From contig CAYWES010000001.1 in NCBI GenBank assembly GCA_964457625.1, positions 17,725 to 81,724 of the forward strand: a stretch of DNA of 64,000 nucleotides, in the 5' to 3' direction. The stretch's first letter is position 1. Each line of letters starts with the position of its first letter. Source of the DNA: an uncultured Candidatus Saccharibacteria bacterium (GTDB lineage Bacteria > Patescibacteriota > Minisyncoccia > Phycocordibacterales > UBA1550). The translations under genes and the position numbers were made by a program. This document shows, in pieces, positions 1 to 7,916 of this stretch. The notes under the pieces are model-generated. The model made no database searches. It was not told the origin of the DNA and saw only the letters and a program-made list of their open reading frames with translations.

Positions 1-136
1 GTATTATTCTTGTCGCGTTTATTCTTGTTAAATTTATTCTCTATACCTTCCTCAACACCGAATATTACAATTTTGTACAATTTCTTTTTGCTTTCTAAGT
101 TGCGGAAAGGGGAGAGGAGTGTATACTTAAAGATAT

Positions 137-535
137 ATGAAACGATTTATTGCAAGCATAGTTTTTTTAACAGCGCTTATTCTTCCCGGGGCGACGCTTG
201 TGTATGCACAGCCGTCGGGTGGAACTACGAGAGAAGTGGTACTCCAGGATGGAACAAGGAGAACAGTCACCACACTTAAAAACCCCATCCAATACGACAC
301 CTTTCCAAAGTTTGTCTCTGCGGTGATTAAGGCAGTCAATCGTATACTCATGCCGTTTATCGTGCTTGCGTTTATTTGGACGGGATTCCTCTTTGTCCGC
401 GCGCAAGGGAAAGAAGAGGATCTGACGACCGCAAAAAAATCTCTCTATTGGAGCGTTGCAGGCGCGTTCATTCTTCTCGCGGCGGAAGGATTCTCAAATA
501 TTATTGCTACCACAGTGAAGACCATTGCAGGGTAA
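137..535 (+). CDS. VirB2/TrbC-like small membrane protein (T4SS-pilin-like), paralog 1
   Basis: 132 aa. Signal-like N-terminus (…LPGATLVYA/Q), LKNPI motif, then TM helix, charged loop (RAQGKEEDLTTAKK), TM helix. Same topology as the three downstream paralogs. Family assignment from memory, not searched. Confidence 0.55.
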   Translation: MKRFIASIVFLTALILPGATLVYAQPSGGTTREVVLQDGTRRTVTTLKNPIQYDTFPKFVSAVIKAVNRILMPFIVLAFIWTGFLFVRAQGKEEDLTTAKKSLYWSVAGAFILLAAEGFSNIIATTVKTIAG

Positions 536-544
536 TTTTCAACT

Positions 545-850
545 ATGACATTAAATACACTTGTCCTCTGGGTTTTGCAGATGATTGTTCAGCCTCTCGC
601 GTGGATTATTATTACCCTCGCAGCGGTCTTTTTCATGTGGAATATCTTCAAGATTATCGCAAACAGGGACAGCGCCGAGGCTCTCACGAAGCTTAAAACA
701 CAAACATTCTGGGGAGTGATTGCCCTCTTCGTAATGACCTCCGTATGGGGGCTTGTGGCATGGCTTACCAATACTTTTTTGGGGACTGCGCCGTTTATTC
801 CTCAGCTTGAGACAAATCCACAGAGGATTGATAATGTGCTCATGCGGTAG
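545..850 (+). CDS. VirB2/TrbC-like small membrane protein, paralog 2
   Basis: 101 aa. TM helix, charged loop (ANRDSAEALTKLK), TM helix ending VMTSVWGLVAWLTNT. Nt 731-750 are identical to 1225-1244 in paralog 3. Confidence 0.5.
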   Translation: MTLNTLVLWVLQMIVQPLAWIIITLAAVFFMWNIFKIIANRDSAEALTKLKTQTFWGVIALFVMTSVWGLVAWLTNTFLGTAPFIPQLETNPQRIDNVLMR

Positions 851-963
851 GGAATCGAGGGAGACACCTTGCGCTCTGCGGGCGCTTTGCTACAATAGAG
901 TGAAGCTTCATGGGCTTAGAAATGGGTATCGTTAATAGCATTTATTTATATAAGTTAAGAATT

Positions 964-1335
964 ATGAAAAAAATTATTGTAGGATTTGCTCTTTTGGCAA
1001 CACCGGTCGCGGTATTCGCGCAAAATCTTCGCGTAGGAACAGGTCAAGATTTAGGCGCCTTGATAACATTCTTCCAGGCGGTGCTCAGTGCGGCAACAAT
1101 GCTTATCATTGCCGCTGCGGTGGTGTGGTTTTTGTATGGAGTACTTATGTTTGTGGGTGCAAAAGATTCAGAAGCCCGTGATGAAGGGCGCAACAAAATC
1201 ATTGCTGGTATTATCGGTATCGCGGTAATGACCTCCGTATGGGGACTTGTTCGTTGGGTTACTAACACCGCTGGTACGGGAAGCGCGGGAGCTCCTACGG
1301 TAAACCCAGGGCAGCTTCTTCCTGGAGGTTTCTAA
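964..1335 (+). CDS. VirB2/TrbC-like small membrane protein, paralog 3
   Basis: Start moved to MKKIIVGFALLATPVAVFA/Q, which gives a signal peptide; ATG 910 or 922 are alternative starts. TM helix, charged loop (GAKDSEARDEGRNK), TM helix VMTSVWGLVRWVTNT. TGcTACAAT box at 888-896 upstream. Confidence 0.5.
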   Translation: MKKIIVGFALLATPVAVFAQNLRVGTGQDLGALITFFQAVLSAATMLIIAAAVVWFLYGVLMFVGAKDSEARDEGRNKIIAGIIGIAVMTSVWGLVRWVTNTAGTGSAGAPTVNPGQLLPGGF

Positions 1336-1363
1336 GTCATAAAATATTATTTCTTAATATACT

Positions 1364-1624
1364 ATGGGGCTTGAACAGGCAGCAGGAGATACCATCGCAG
1401 TCATCAATAGGGAGATTTTGAATCCCCTTATTTTGCTTCTCTTTGGTGCTGCGATAGTGTATTTCTTGTGGGGATTGATGGTCTTTATCAGAAATCAAGA
1501 CAATGAAGAAGCGCAGGGGGATGGGCGCCGACATATGTTTTGGGGTGTAGTGGGAATATTTCTCATGATGGCGGTGGGAGGAATACTCAATGTGCTGACA
1601 AACCTCGCAAGCCAGATCCGATAA
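1364..1624 (+). CDS. VirB2/TrbC-like small membrane protein, paralog 4
   Basis: 86 aa. ILNPL motif, TM helix, acidic loop (RNQDNEEAQGDGRRH), TM helix. Confidence 0.45.
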   Translation: MGLEQAAGDTIAVINREILNPLILLLFGAAIVYFLWGLMVFIRNQDNEEAQGDGRRHMFWGVVGIFLMMAVGGILNVLTNLASQIR

Positions 1625-1708
1625 GAAAACCTCCGCTGACCTCTAAAATCTAAAAGAAAAAATCGCTCGCTTGGTATATGCCAAGCGAGCGATTGTGGTT
1701 TTCCTAGA

Positions 1709-2332
1709 CTAAGAGATCGGCTTGAACCGCACAGTGACCCATGAGTCGGGCTTTCCAGCCCCGGGTTCAAACCTTGTACGGGCATCCATTACCCATACTT
1801 GTTTGAACGGTTCGTTGTTGCCACACTTGAACCGTGATGTTTTCTGGCCGTCCTCTACAATGATATTAATCGTCGGAGAGTAGCAGTCTACAAACTCCAC
1901 CATACATCCCACGGGAAGTGAGATATATGCATCGGGCGTTCGCTTCTTGCTTGCGGGAAGCTGCTGAATTCCGCATTTTGGCTGTGGTGCCATCGCTTGT
2001 TGTGGGGGAGCGGTAATCTCTCTCACTACGGGTAATACTACCCCGTATATGATAAAGAGTCCTATTCCCACAACGACTCCCACCGCGATGATGGGCTCAA
2101 CCATTTTGGACACCTTGTCCTTTATAGCCCTACTTCCTTTTTTGAAGAGGAGGATGACCCCCCAGATCAAAAACGGAACAATAATGTACCACCACGACCA
2201 CCAATCAGGTGATTCGAGGTTGACGTTCTTTGCCGCCCACCATATTCCTGTGGTGAAAAGGGCCGGGACAATAATTATAACAGCTATGAACCATCTCCAG
2301 GGGAATGACTTTCGCGCTTTTTCTGTGTTCAT
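1709..2332 (-). CDS. membrane protein with beta-rich C-terminal soluble domain (hypothetical)
   Basis: Start moved to MNTEKARKSF (ATG at 2332-2330), preceded by AAGAGGAA. Three hydrophobic helices followed by a roughly 90-aa Cys-containing C-terminal domain. The longer track ORF would run through the promoter and leader. Confidence 0.55.
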   Translation of the reverse strand: MNTEKARKSFPWRWFIAVIIIVPALFTTGIWWAAKNVNLESPDWWSWWYIIVPFLIWGVILLFKKGSRAIKDKVSKMVEPIIAVGVVVGIGLFIIYGVVLPVVREITAPPQQAMAPQPKCGIQQLPASKKRTPDAYISLPVGCMVEFVDCYSPTINIIVEDGQKTSRFKCGNNEPFKQVWVMDARTRFEPGAGKPDSWVTVRFKPIS

Positions 2333-2399
2333 TCTTAATTCCTCTTGTTTGTGAAAAAACAAATTGAGTTGATTCTTTTGAATCAACCTACCTCTCTTA

Positions 2400-2428
2400 A
2401 TTGTATCATATTTAGTACAAAAAGTCAA
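2400..2428 (-). promoter_or_regulatory. sigma70-like promoter TTGACT-N17-(TGa)TACAAT
   Basis: Minus strand reads TTGACTTTTTGTACTAAATATGATACAAT: -35 at 2428-2423 and -10 at 2405-2400 with a 17-nt spacer. The leader contains hairpin GTTGATTC/GAATCAAC at 2368-2387. Confidence 0.6.
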
Positions 2429-2465
2429 ATAAAAACCCCCTGAAAGACTCGCGTCTTTCAGGGGG
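2429..2465 (-). terminator. Rho-independent terminator after the SPFH gene
   Basis: 13-bp perfect stem CCCCCTGAAAGAC/GTCTTTCAGGGGG at 2436-2465, followed on the minus strand by TTTTTAT. Confidence 0.75.
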
Positions 2466-2476
2466 CTGAAACCAAA

Positions 2477-3640
2477 TCAGTTCTTTTTGTTTTGATTAAC
2501 CAAAATTTCGATTTGGTCTGCCAAAGCATTTTGTCCTTGTTTGATTTGGTCTACGAGGGCAATCTGTCCTTTGGGGATTTCTTTATTATCCCCGAGAACA
2601 TAGACGGCCTTTCCTTGTACACCGGCAACTCGAGCAACTTCCTCTCGGATTGCAAGCTCGGCAACATCGGCGTACTTGTGGAGTTGCTCCATCTTGAGCC
2701 GAGTTGCTTCTGCGGAAGCTTTTCCAACTACTTCAATGGCTTGCGCACGACGCTCTTCATAAGCGAGGTGAGCATCACCTTCCTTTGTTTTCTCGAGGAT
2801 CTTTGCTTCACCATCGCGCTCAGCTCTTGCCTTTGCGGTAAGAGAGTCTTTTACTTCCTTGCTTCCACCAGTGAGTTCAACCCTCACGATGTTGGCATTT
2901 ACGACTTTGACCCCGAGTCTGCCGATGAAACCATCTCCCAATTCATTCCCATTGAACTCTTCTCCATTTTCGTCGGTGATGATAGTTTCAACGGTATCAT
3001 TAGGGTCTTCCTTGTTTATAAGTACAAGATCCTCGAAGTCCTTACCTTTTACGAAAGGATTCATGAGAGCCTTGATCTCCGCTTCCAAGCGGAGAAACCA
3101 GTCTTTGGTTTTGAAGAGGGCAATCCAAGGGAATATAATCCTTACATGAATCACGATGTCAATCGTGACCTCCAGGTTATCCCTTGTTTCAAAGTCGTCG
3201 CAGCGGACAACGTACGCAACTTCCTTTAAGAAAAAGAAGTTTGTAGGTTCCTTCCGTCGGACATACTCCGTTTTTATGCTTTCCCCTTCCTTTGTATCTC
3301 TCATTTCCGCCCAGGTAAAGGAGTCTTCCCTGATTTTGAAGGGGGGAAGCCCAACCCAGTGCACTCCCATGACTTCACGCTGAAAATCAAGATACGCACC
3401 TTGAGCCTCGGCTGACTCGGGAACTACTTGCCATTCTCCATGGATTTGCTTTATTGCGAATTTTGCGGACCCGCAAACAAATCCTTTGAATGCATTTTCC
3501 CGGACAATTACTTGCCCGGTATTTTCTTTCGGAGTAGTGAATAGCCATTCTCTCCTCGCGAGGAGGAGTGGGCCGTATACAAACAATAGTCCTGATAAGA
3601 CCATTGCTATAAGAGTTACAACAATAAGAGTAATAAGCAT
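2477..3640 (-). CDS. SPFH/band-7 (flotillin/stomatin-like) membrane protein
   Basis: Start moved to MLITLIVV (ATG 3640-3638) with GGAGG 7 nt upstream. N-terminal TM helix. TRDNLEVTIDIVIHVRI-type SPFH core. C-terminal Ala/Glu-rich coiled region (AKARAERDGEAKILE…EERRAQAIEV). Confidence 0.6.
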   Translation of the reverse strand: MLITLIVVTLIAMVLSGLLFVYGPLLLARREWLFTTPKENTGQVIVRENAFKGFVCGSAKFAIKQIHGEWQVVPESAEAQGAYLDFQREVMGVHWVGLPPFKIREDSFTWAEMRDTKEGESIKTEYVRRKEPTNFFFLKEVAYVVRCDDFETRDNLEVTIDIVIHVRIIFPWIALFKTKDWFLRLEAEIKALMNPFVKGKDFEDLVLINKEDPNDTVETIITDENGEEFNGNELGDGFIGRLGVKVVNANIVRVELTGGSKEVKDSLTAKARAERDGEAKILEKTKEGDAHLAYEERRAQAIEVVGKASAEATRLKMEQLHKYADVAELAIREEVARVAGVQGKAVYVLGDNKEIPKGQIALVDQIKQGQNALADQIEILVNQNKKN

Positions 3641-3704
3641 AATACACCTCCTCGGTGTTTTGGTTGTTGGATTGATTGCCAAAGATCAGCAATTTCTAAG
3701 GATG

Positions 3705-3733
3705 ATTGTATCAAATTTTATCAAAAAAGTCAA
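3705..3733 (-). promoter_or_regulatory. sigma70-like promoter TTGACT-N17-(TGa)TACAAT
   Basis: Minus strand reads TTGACTTTTTTGATAAAATTTGATACAAT. Shares TTGACTTTTT and TGATACAAT with the promoter at 2400-2428. Confidence 0.6.
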
Positions 3734-3766
3734 GGTTCCTCGTATGGTACACTCTCAAGTACCCGC

Positions 3767-3851
3767 GAGTATGTGGCGGAATTGGTATACGCGTGCGTCT
3801 CAGAAGCGCATGGAGTAATCCTTGGGGGTTCAAGTCCCCCCATACTCACCA
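3767..3851 (+). tRNA. tRNA-Leu(CAG), type II, CCA encoded
   Basis: Acceptor GAGTATG/CATACTC, anticodon loop CTCAGAA, long variable arm, T-arm GGGGG-TTCAAGT-CCCCC, 3' ACCA. Confidence 0.9.
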
Positions 3852-3905
3852 AGGCACGCAAAGCCTGTTATATATTTCGCATTATTGATATAATACGTCT
3901 CATAT

Positions 3906-4619
3906 ATGATTGCACCGGAAAAACAAGGAGGACGAAAAGTTTCCATTGATGAGATTCGCGAGGGATGTATTGTTGTCACGGACAAGGATATGGTGGAGTC
4001 GCGTGTGTGTACTATCAACAACGAGTTTCGTCATGGAATGGAGATTGTAAAGGACATCAAACGCGGAGTGACGTTTTTTGGTTCCGCGCGTACGCCTATT
4101 GATTCACCGCTTTATCAGAAAGCGTATCGTCTCGCCAAGCGCATCAGCGAGGAGCTCGGCTACGCGATTATCACCGGGGGCGGTCCGGGAATCATGGGCG
4201 CGGGAAACCAAGGCGCGTATGAAGCGGGAGGGGAGTCTATCGGCTTTACCATCAAGCTTCCCATGGAGCAGACGACGAATCTCTTTATCACCAAAGAGAC
4301 GCCGTTTTATTATTTCTTTACCCGCAAGGTCGCGCTCTCATTTGCCGCTGATGCGTATGTGGTATTTCCCGGAGGGTACGGCACGCTTGATGAGCTTTCT
4401 GAAATCCTCACGCTCATACAAACAGGGAAGACCGAACGCGTGCCCATCATTCTCGTAGGTGTTGATTTTTGGCAGCCGTTTGTCGACTTTCTCAAGCACA
4501 AGGTGCTTGAAGAAGAGAAAGCCATCGATCCCGAGGACATGGATCTTTTTGTACTCACTGATGATGAAGAAAAAATCATGGAGATTCTCAAAAATACTCC
4601 TCCGCGCAGTAGGGTATAA
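3906..4619 (+). CDS. LOG family protein (TIGR00730-type, cytokinin riboside 5'-monophosphate phosphoribohydrolase-like)
   Basis: Motifs GGGPGIMGAGNQGA and PGGYGTLDELSEILTLIQTGK. TGaTATAAT box at 3886-3894. Confidence 0.85.
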   Translation: MIAPEKQGGRKVSIDEIREGCIVVTDKDMVESRVCTINNEFRHGMEIVKDIKRGVTFFGSARTPIDSPLYQKAYRLAKRISEELGYAIITGGGPGIMGAGNQGAYEAGGESIGFTIKLPMEQTTNLFITKETPFYYFFTRKVALSFAADAYVVFPGGYGTLDELSEILTLIQTGKTERVPIILVGVDFWQPFVDFLKHKVLEEEKAIDPEDMDLFVLTDDEEKIMEILKNTPPRSRV

Positions 4620-4635
4620 CATAAAGACATAAAAA

Positions 4636-4680
4636 GAAAACTCCCCAATACTCAACGTACTGAGGAGTTTTCTTTTTATG
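4636..4680 (+). terminator. Rho-independent terminator after the LOG gene
   Basis: Stem GAAAACTCC/GGAGTTTTC (4636-4672) followed by CTTTTTAT. Confidence 0.5.
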
Positions 4681-4762
4681 TGCCGAGGAGAGGACTTGAA
4701 CCTCCATGGGTTACCCCGCTTGCTCCTAAGGCAAGTGCGTCTACCAATTTCGCCACCTCGGC
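4681..4762 (-). tRNA. tRNA-Leu(TAG), type II
   Basis: Reverse complement reads GCCGAGGTGGCGAAATTGGTAGACGC…CTTGC-CTTAGGA-GCAAG…GGTTCAAGTCC…CCTCGGCA. CCA is not encoded. Confidence 0.9.
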
Positions 4763-4849
4763 AGTATGTATTGCCCTGTTATACCATAAAGGGAAGGGGA
4801 CACAAAACGAGACAACCTTCTCTCAAACAAAAAAACACCCCAGTGTGAG

Positions 4850-5434
4850 CTAGGGTGCTTCAAGTGTTTTTGCTATTCGAGTGATTTTTTCATAAAAATC
4901 ACTCCACGACGCAACACGTGTCGCGATACCCTCTTCTTTGATATGAGAATTGTATTCCCATGAAAAAAGAAAACGATGCGGTACGATGTCCATGAGCGGG
5001 ACGAGTTTGTCCAAGTCGTCATCAATGAACACGTCGAGCCCTTTTGAGGCATCTGCTTTTGAGACCTGACGTCCAACTCCCGTGAAGTTCAGATCAAGAC
5101 CGCGAAGAGCGGTCCACTCTTCCGCAATGGCGAGCATCACCTCGCTTCGCGAGGTGATGACCCTGACCTCGTGTCCTTCTTTGATAAGTCGAGGGAGGAA
5201 ATACAACATCCCGTCGACAGGTTCCATCTGGAGCGCTATATCGCGGTCTCCGTACACGAGTACTTGCACGGCACGGTATTGTTCGAGGGTTAGATATCCT
5301 TCTCCAACCGCAAGCTCTCGTTTGAACCTTTCAGGGGGGATAATGACGCCATATAAGTTCTTTGCCCATAAGCTTTTGAGCTTTAAACAATCGGCAATGA
5401 CACCATCAAAATCAAGACCAATATTGATTTTCAT
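4850..5434 (-). CDS. HAD-superfamily hydrolase (5'(3')-nucleotidase-like)
   Basis: HAD motif I LDFDGVIADC, motif II VITSR, motif IV VFIDDDLDKL. Confidence 0.65.
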   Translation of the reverse strand: MKINIGLDFDGVIADCLKLKSLWAKNLYGVIIPPERFKRELAVGEGYLTLEQYRAVQVLVYGDRDIALQMEPVDGMLYFLPRLIKEGHEVRVITSRSEVMLAIAEEWTALRGLDLNFTGVGRQVSKADASKGLDVFIDDDLDKLVPLMDIVPHRFLFSWEYNSHIKEEGIATRVASWSDFYEKITRIAKTLEAP

Positions 5435-5546
5435 AGGATATTCCTCCTAGGGGTGAGTTGAAAGCTATTCAAGGACTTCCTTCCTATGCATAGCATAAAA
5501 GGCTGGAAAGGGGAAATCTTGAAAAAGAGGGGTGGGGGAGAGAAAA

Positions 5547-5600
5547 GGGGCACCAAATCAAAAGCCCGTCATGTATGACGGGCTTTTGATTTGGTGCCCC
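5547..5600. terminator. 26-27 bp perfect hairpin downstream of tRNA-Lys that includes the tRNA 3' end
   Basis: GGGGCACCAAATCAAAAGCCCGTCAT…ATGACGGGCTTTTGATTTGGTGCCCC. The right arm at 5592-5600 is the tRNA-Lys 3' acceptor strand plus CCA. Confidence 0.55.
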
Positions 5601-5667
5601 CGGTAGGACTCGAACCTACGACCATCTCGTTAAGAGCGAGCTGCTCTACCAACTGAGCTACGAAGGC
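5592..5667 (-). tRNA. tRNA-Lys(CTT), CCA encoded
   Basis: Reverse complement reads GCCTTCGTAGCTCAGTTGGTAGAGCA…loop CTCTTAA…GTAGGTTCGAGTCCTAC-CGGGGGC-ACCA. Confidence 0.9.
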
Positions 5668-5768
5668 ATATCTTCATAAAGAAGGTATCACGATATTATA
5701 CATAAAAGAGCCGATTAGGGAATAGTGTCATCGTGAGTACACAATACTCTCCGCCCTGCTTATTCTAG

Positions 5769-5849
5769 TACCTGGAGTGGGACTCGAACCCACAAGCCTT
5801 GCGGCGGGAAATTTTAAGTCTCCTGTGTATACCATTCCACCATCCAGGC
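5769..5849 (-). tRNA. tRNA-Leu(TAA), type II
   Basis: Reverse complement reads GCCTGGATGGTGGAATGGTATACAC…GGAGA-CTTAAAA-TTTCC…GTGGGTTCGAGTCCCAC-TCCAGGT-A. Has a G1:U72 pair. Confidence 0.85.
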
Positions 5850-5904
5850 AAGGGAATACTATGTGACCACTCTAGCAGAAAAAAGGGGGCGGGGGAAGAT
5901 TGAG

Positions 5905-5941
5905 CCCAAAGCGGGTCGGGCTTTGCCCGACCCGCTTTGGG
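5905..5941. repeat. 17-bp perfect inverted repeat between tRNA-Cys and tRNA-Leu(TAA)
   Basis: CCCAAAGCGGGTCGGGC-ttt-GCCCGACCCGCTTTGGG. There is no adjacent strong T-run, so its role (terminator or processing signal) is unclear. Confidence 0.5.
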
Positions 5942-5959
5942 TTTACGGGAGTTTTCTTG

Positions 5960-6031
5960 AGGCGTGGGCGAGAATCGAACTCGCGTATAGAGGTTTTGCA
6001 AACGACTGCCTTACCACTTGGCCACCACGCC
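5960..6031 (-). tRNA. tRNA-Cys(GCA)
   Basis: Reverse complement reads GGCGTGG-TG-GCCA-AGTGGTA-AGGC-A-GTCGT-TTGCAAA-ACCTC-TATAC-GCGAG-TTCGATT-CTCGC-CCACGCC-T. Has the U73 discriminator and an A13:A22-type D stem, as expected for Cys. The anticodon stem has two internal mismatches. Confidence 0.75.
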
Positions 6032-6047
6032 TTATTGTTTTGTTATT

Positions 6048-6374
6048 CTACCCTTGAGAGAGTAGGTCGTCAATTCTTTGGCGATTGCGTTCTCCGAGAT
6101 CAAGCTTTACCTCAATGACGGGTGCCATACGCAAACGCCCTTCTTTGCTCAAGTATTCACGGAGATCAGTACGCTTGCGTCGCGCAAATTCAAGCGCGCG
6201 TTCCTCTTCGCTTGTGGGGATTGTGGTGAAGTAGATTGTCGCACGCTTGAAGTCAGGGGAGATTGTTGCGTCTGTCACAGTGATGAGAGAGTGAGGTCCT
6301 GACTCACGATTGAAAAACTCCGCTGCTTTCTCACGGAGCAATTCTCTCATTTTTTGTTGTCGTTCAGACACCAT
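6048..6374 (-). CDS. rbfA: ribosome-binding factor A
   Basis: 108 aa with …ITVTDATISPDFKRATIYFT…. Lies immediately downstream of infB. Confidence 0.85.
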   Translation of the reverse strand: MVSERQQKMRELLREKAAEFFNRESGPHSLITVTDATISPDFKRATIYFTTIPTSEEERALEFARRKRTDLREYLSKEGRLRMAPVIEVKLDLGERNRQRIDDLLSQG

Positions 6375-6380
6375 ATGTTC

Positions 6381-7901
6381 TTATACTTCTTGCATAACAA
6401 ACGCTTCAAGCACGTCGTTTGGTGCGATTTCTATCTTTGACTCAACCATGAGCCCGCATTCACTTCCTTCCTCTACTTTTTTTGTGGCAATTTTTGCTGT
6501 CTGAAGCTCGACAACCTTCCCGCGCCCAATCTCTGTTTCGCGACGCATAATGCGCACCTGAGCATCTTGTTCAAGGAGTCCCGAGACGACTTTTCCTCCA
6601 ATAACTTGTTTTGTCTTTGTCGCACTAAAGGTTTTGATAACCTTGAGCGTTCCCACGACGACTTCGCTCATTACCTTGGGCGTGCGCTCGACCAAGGTAC
6701 TATTGAGCCATTCGGAAAGATCATAGATAATATCAAACGTTTTGATGGTAACTTTTGACCGTTCTGCGATGTCGGCCGCACTTCGTTCAATTGGTGTGTG
6801 AAAGCCCACGATTATTGCTCCGGGAGACCCTGCGGCAAGCTTTGCGTCATTTTCTCCGATTGGTCCCACGCCACGTCCGATAATTTTAAAAGCAATACGC
6901 TCATGCTCTATTTTCCCAAGCTCTTTTTCAAGTGCTTCAAGCGTTCCTCCCACATCAGATTTGAGAAGAAGGGGGACAATGAGCGCGTCGGGTGCAAGGG
7001 GAGTCTTGCGTGAGGCGAGAATCTTTGCCTCTTCTTCAAGAAGAGAGATATTTTCCGCCTGTGCCGTCTCGGCTTCTTTTTTCGTCTCGTACATCTGCCA
7101 CGTTGCTCCCACGGGAGGGAGGGCATCAAAACCGGTGATTTGAACAGGAGAAGAAAAAGACGCTTCAGGGACTTGCTTTCCGAGGAAGTTTTCAATGGCA
7201 CGTACGGGGCTCATGCTTCCTTCCGACACAATGTATGCTCCCTTCTTGAGCGTACCGTTTTTAATGATAAGTGTTGCTGATGTCCCGCGACGCTTGTCTA
7301 TATGTGACTCAATAACAACCCCTGACGCAGGGAGTGTGGCATCTCCTGTGAAATTTTCCATCTCTGCGACAAGGAGCATCATGTCGAGAAGATCAGAAAC
7401 CCCTGTTCCTTCCTTTGCAGAGATGGGAACAAAAGCGACATCACCGCCGTAGCCCTCAAGGTAGATTTCGTTTTCCGCGAGGCTTTGTTTTGTGCGCTCA
7501 ATGTTTGCGCCCGGCTTATCGATTTTATTAATTGCTACGATATACGGAATCTCCGCTTCTATGATTGCGCGGTGGGCTTCCTTTGTCTGTTCTTTTACGC
7601 CATCTTCTGCCGATACGACAAGGATGGCAATGTCCGCAATGCGCGCACCGCGAGAACGCATTTTTGAAAACGCTTCATGTCCCGGGGTGTCGAGAAAGGT
7701 GATATGGTCTGCAAGCCCCGGCTTGGTTGTGTGGGGGACTTCATATGCTGAGAGATGCTGTGTGATACCCCCAGCTTCTTTGTCCACGATGTTCGTCTTG
7801 CGGATATAATCAAGGAGACTTGATTTCCCATGGTCGATATGGCCCATAACGACAACAATAGGCGCGCGCGGTTTGAATTTTTCGGGAGAGAGTGTAGTCA
7901 T
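6381..7901 (-). CDS. infB: translation initiation factor IF-2 (short form without the long N-terminal region)
   Basis: G domain VVVMGHIDHGKSSLLDYIRKT, DTPGHEAF, NKIDK. C-terminal IF-2 domains present. 506 aa. Confidence 0.95.
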   Translation of the reverse strand: MTTLSPEKFKPRAPIVVVMGHIDHGKSSLLDYIRKTNIVDKEAGGITQHLSAYEVPHTTKPGLADHITFLDTPGHEAFSKMRSRGARIADIAILVVSAEDGVKEQTKEAHRAIIEAEIPYIVAINKIDKPGANIERTKQSLAENEIYLEGYGGDVAFVPISAKEGTGVSDLLDMMLLVAEMENFTGDATLPASGVVIESHIDKRRGTSATLIIKNGTLKKGAYIVSEGSMSPVRAIENFLGKQVPEASFSSPVQITGFDALPPVGATWQMYETKKEAETAQAENISLLEEEAKILASRKTPLAPDALIVPLLLKSDVGGTLEALEKELGKIEHERIAFKIIGRGVGPIGENDAKLAAGSPGAIIVGFHTPIERSAADIAERSKVTIKTFDIIYDLSEWLNSTLVERTPKVMSEVVVGTLKVIKTFSATKTKQVIGGKVVSGLLEQDAQVRIMRRETEIGRGKVVELQTAKIATKKVEEGSECGLMVESKIEIAPNDVLEAFVMQEV

Positions 7902-7916
7902 GATAATAAAGAAAGG

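Noticed and set aside
5765-6118. Short ORFs 5765-6001, 5863-6057 and 5900-6118, and likewise 14923-15123 and 14956-15207.
   Set aside because: They overlap tRNA genes, terminator hairpins or the structured element, so they are not credible coding regions.
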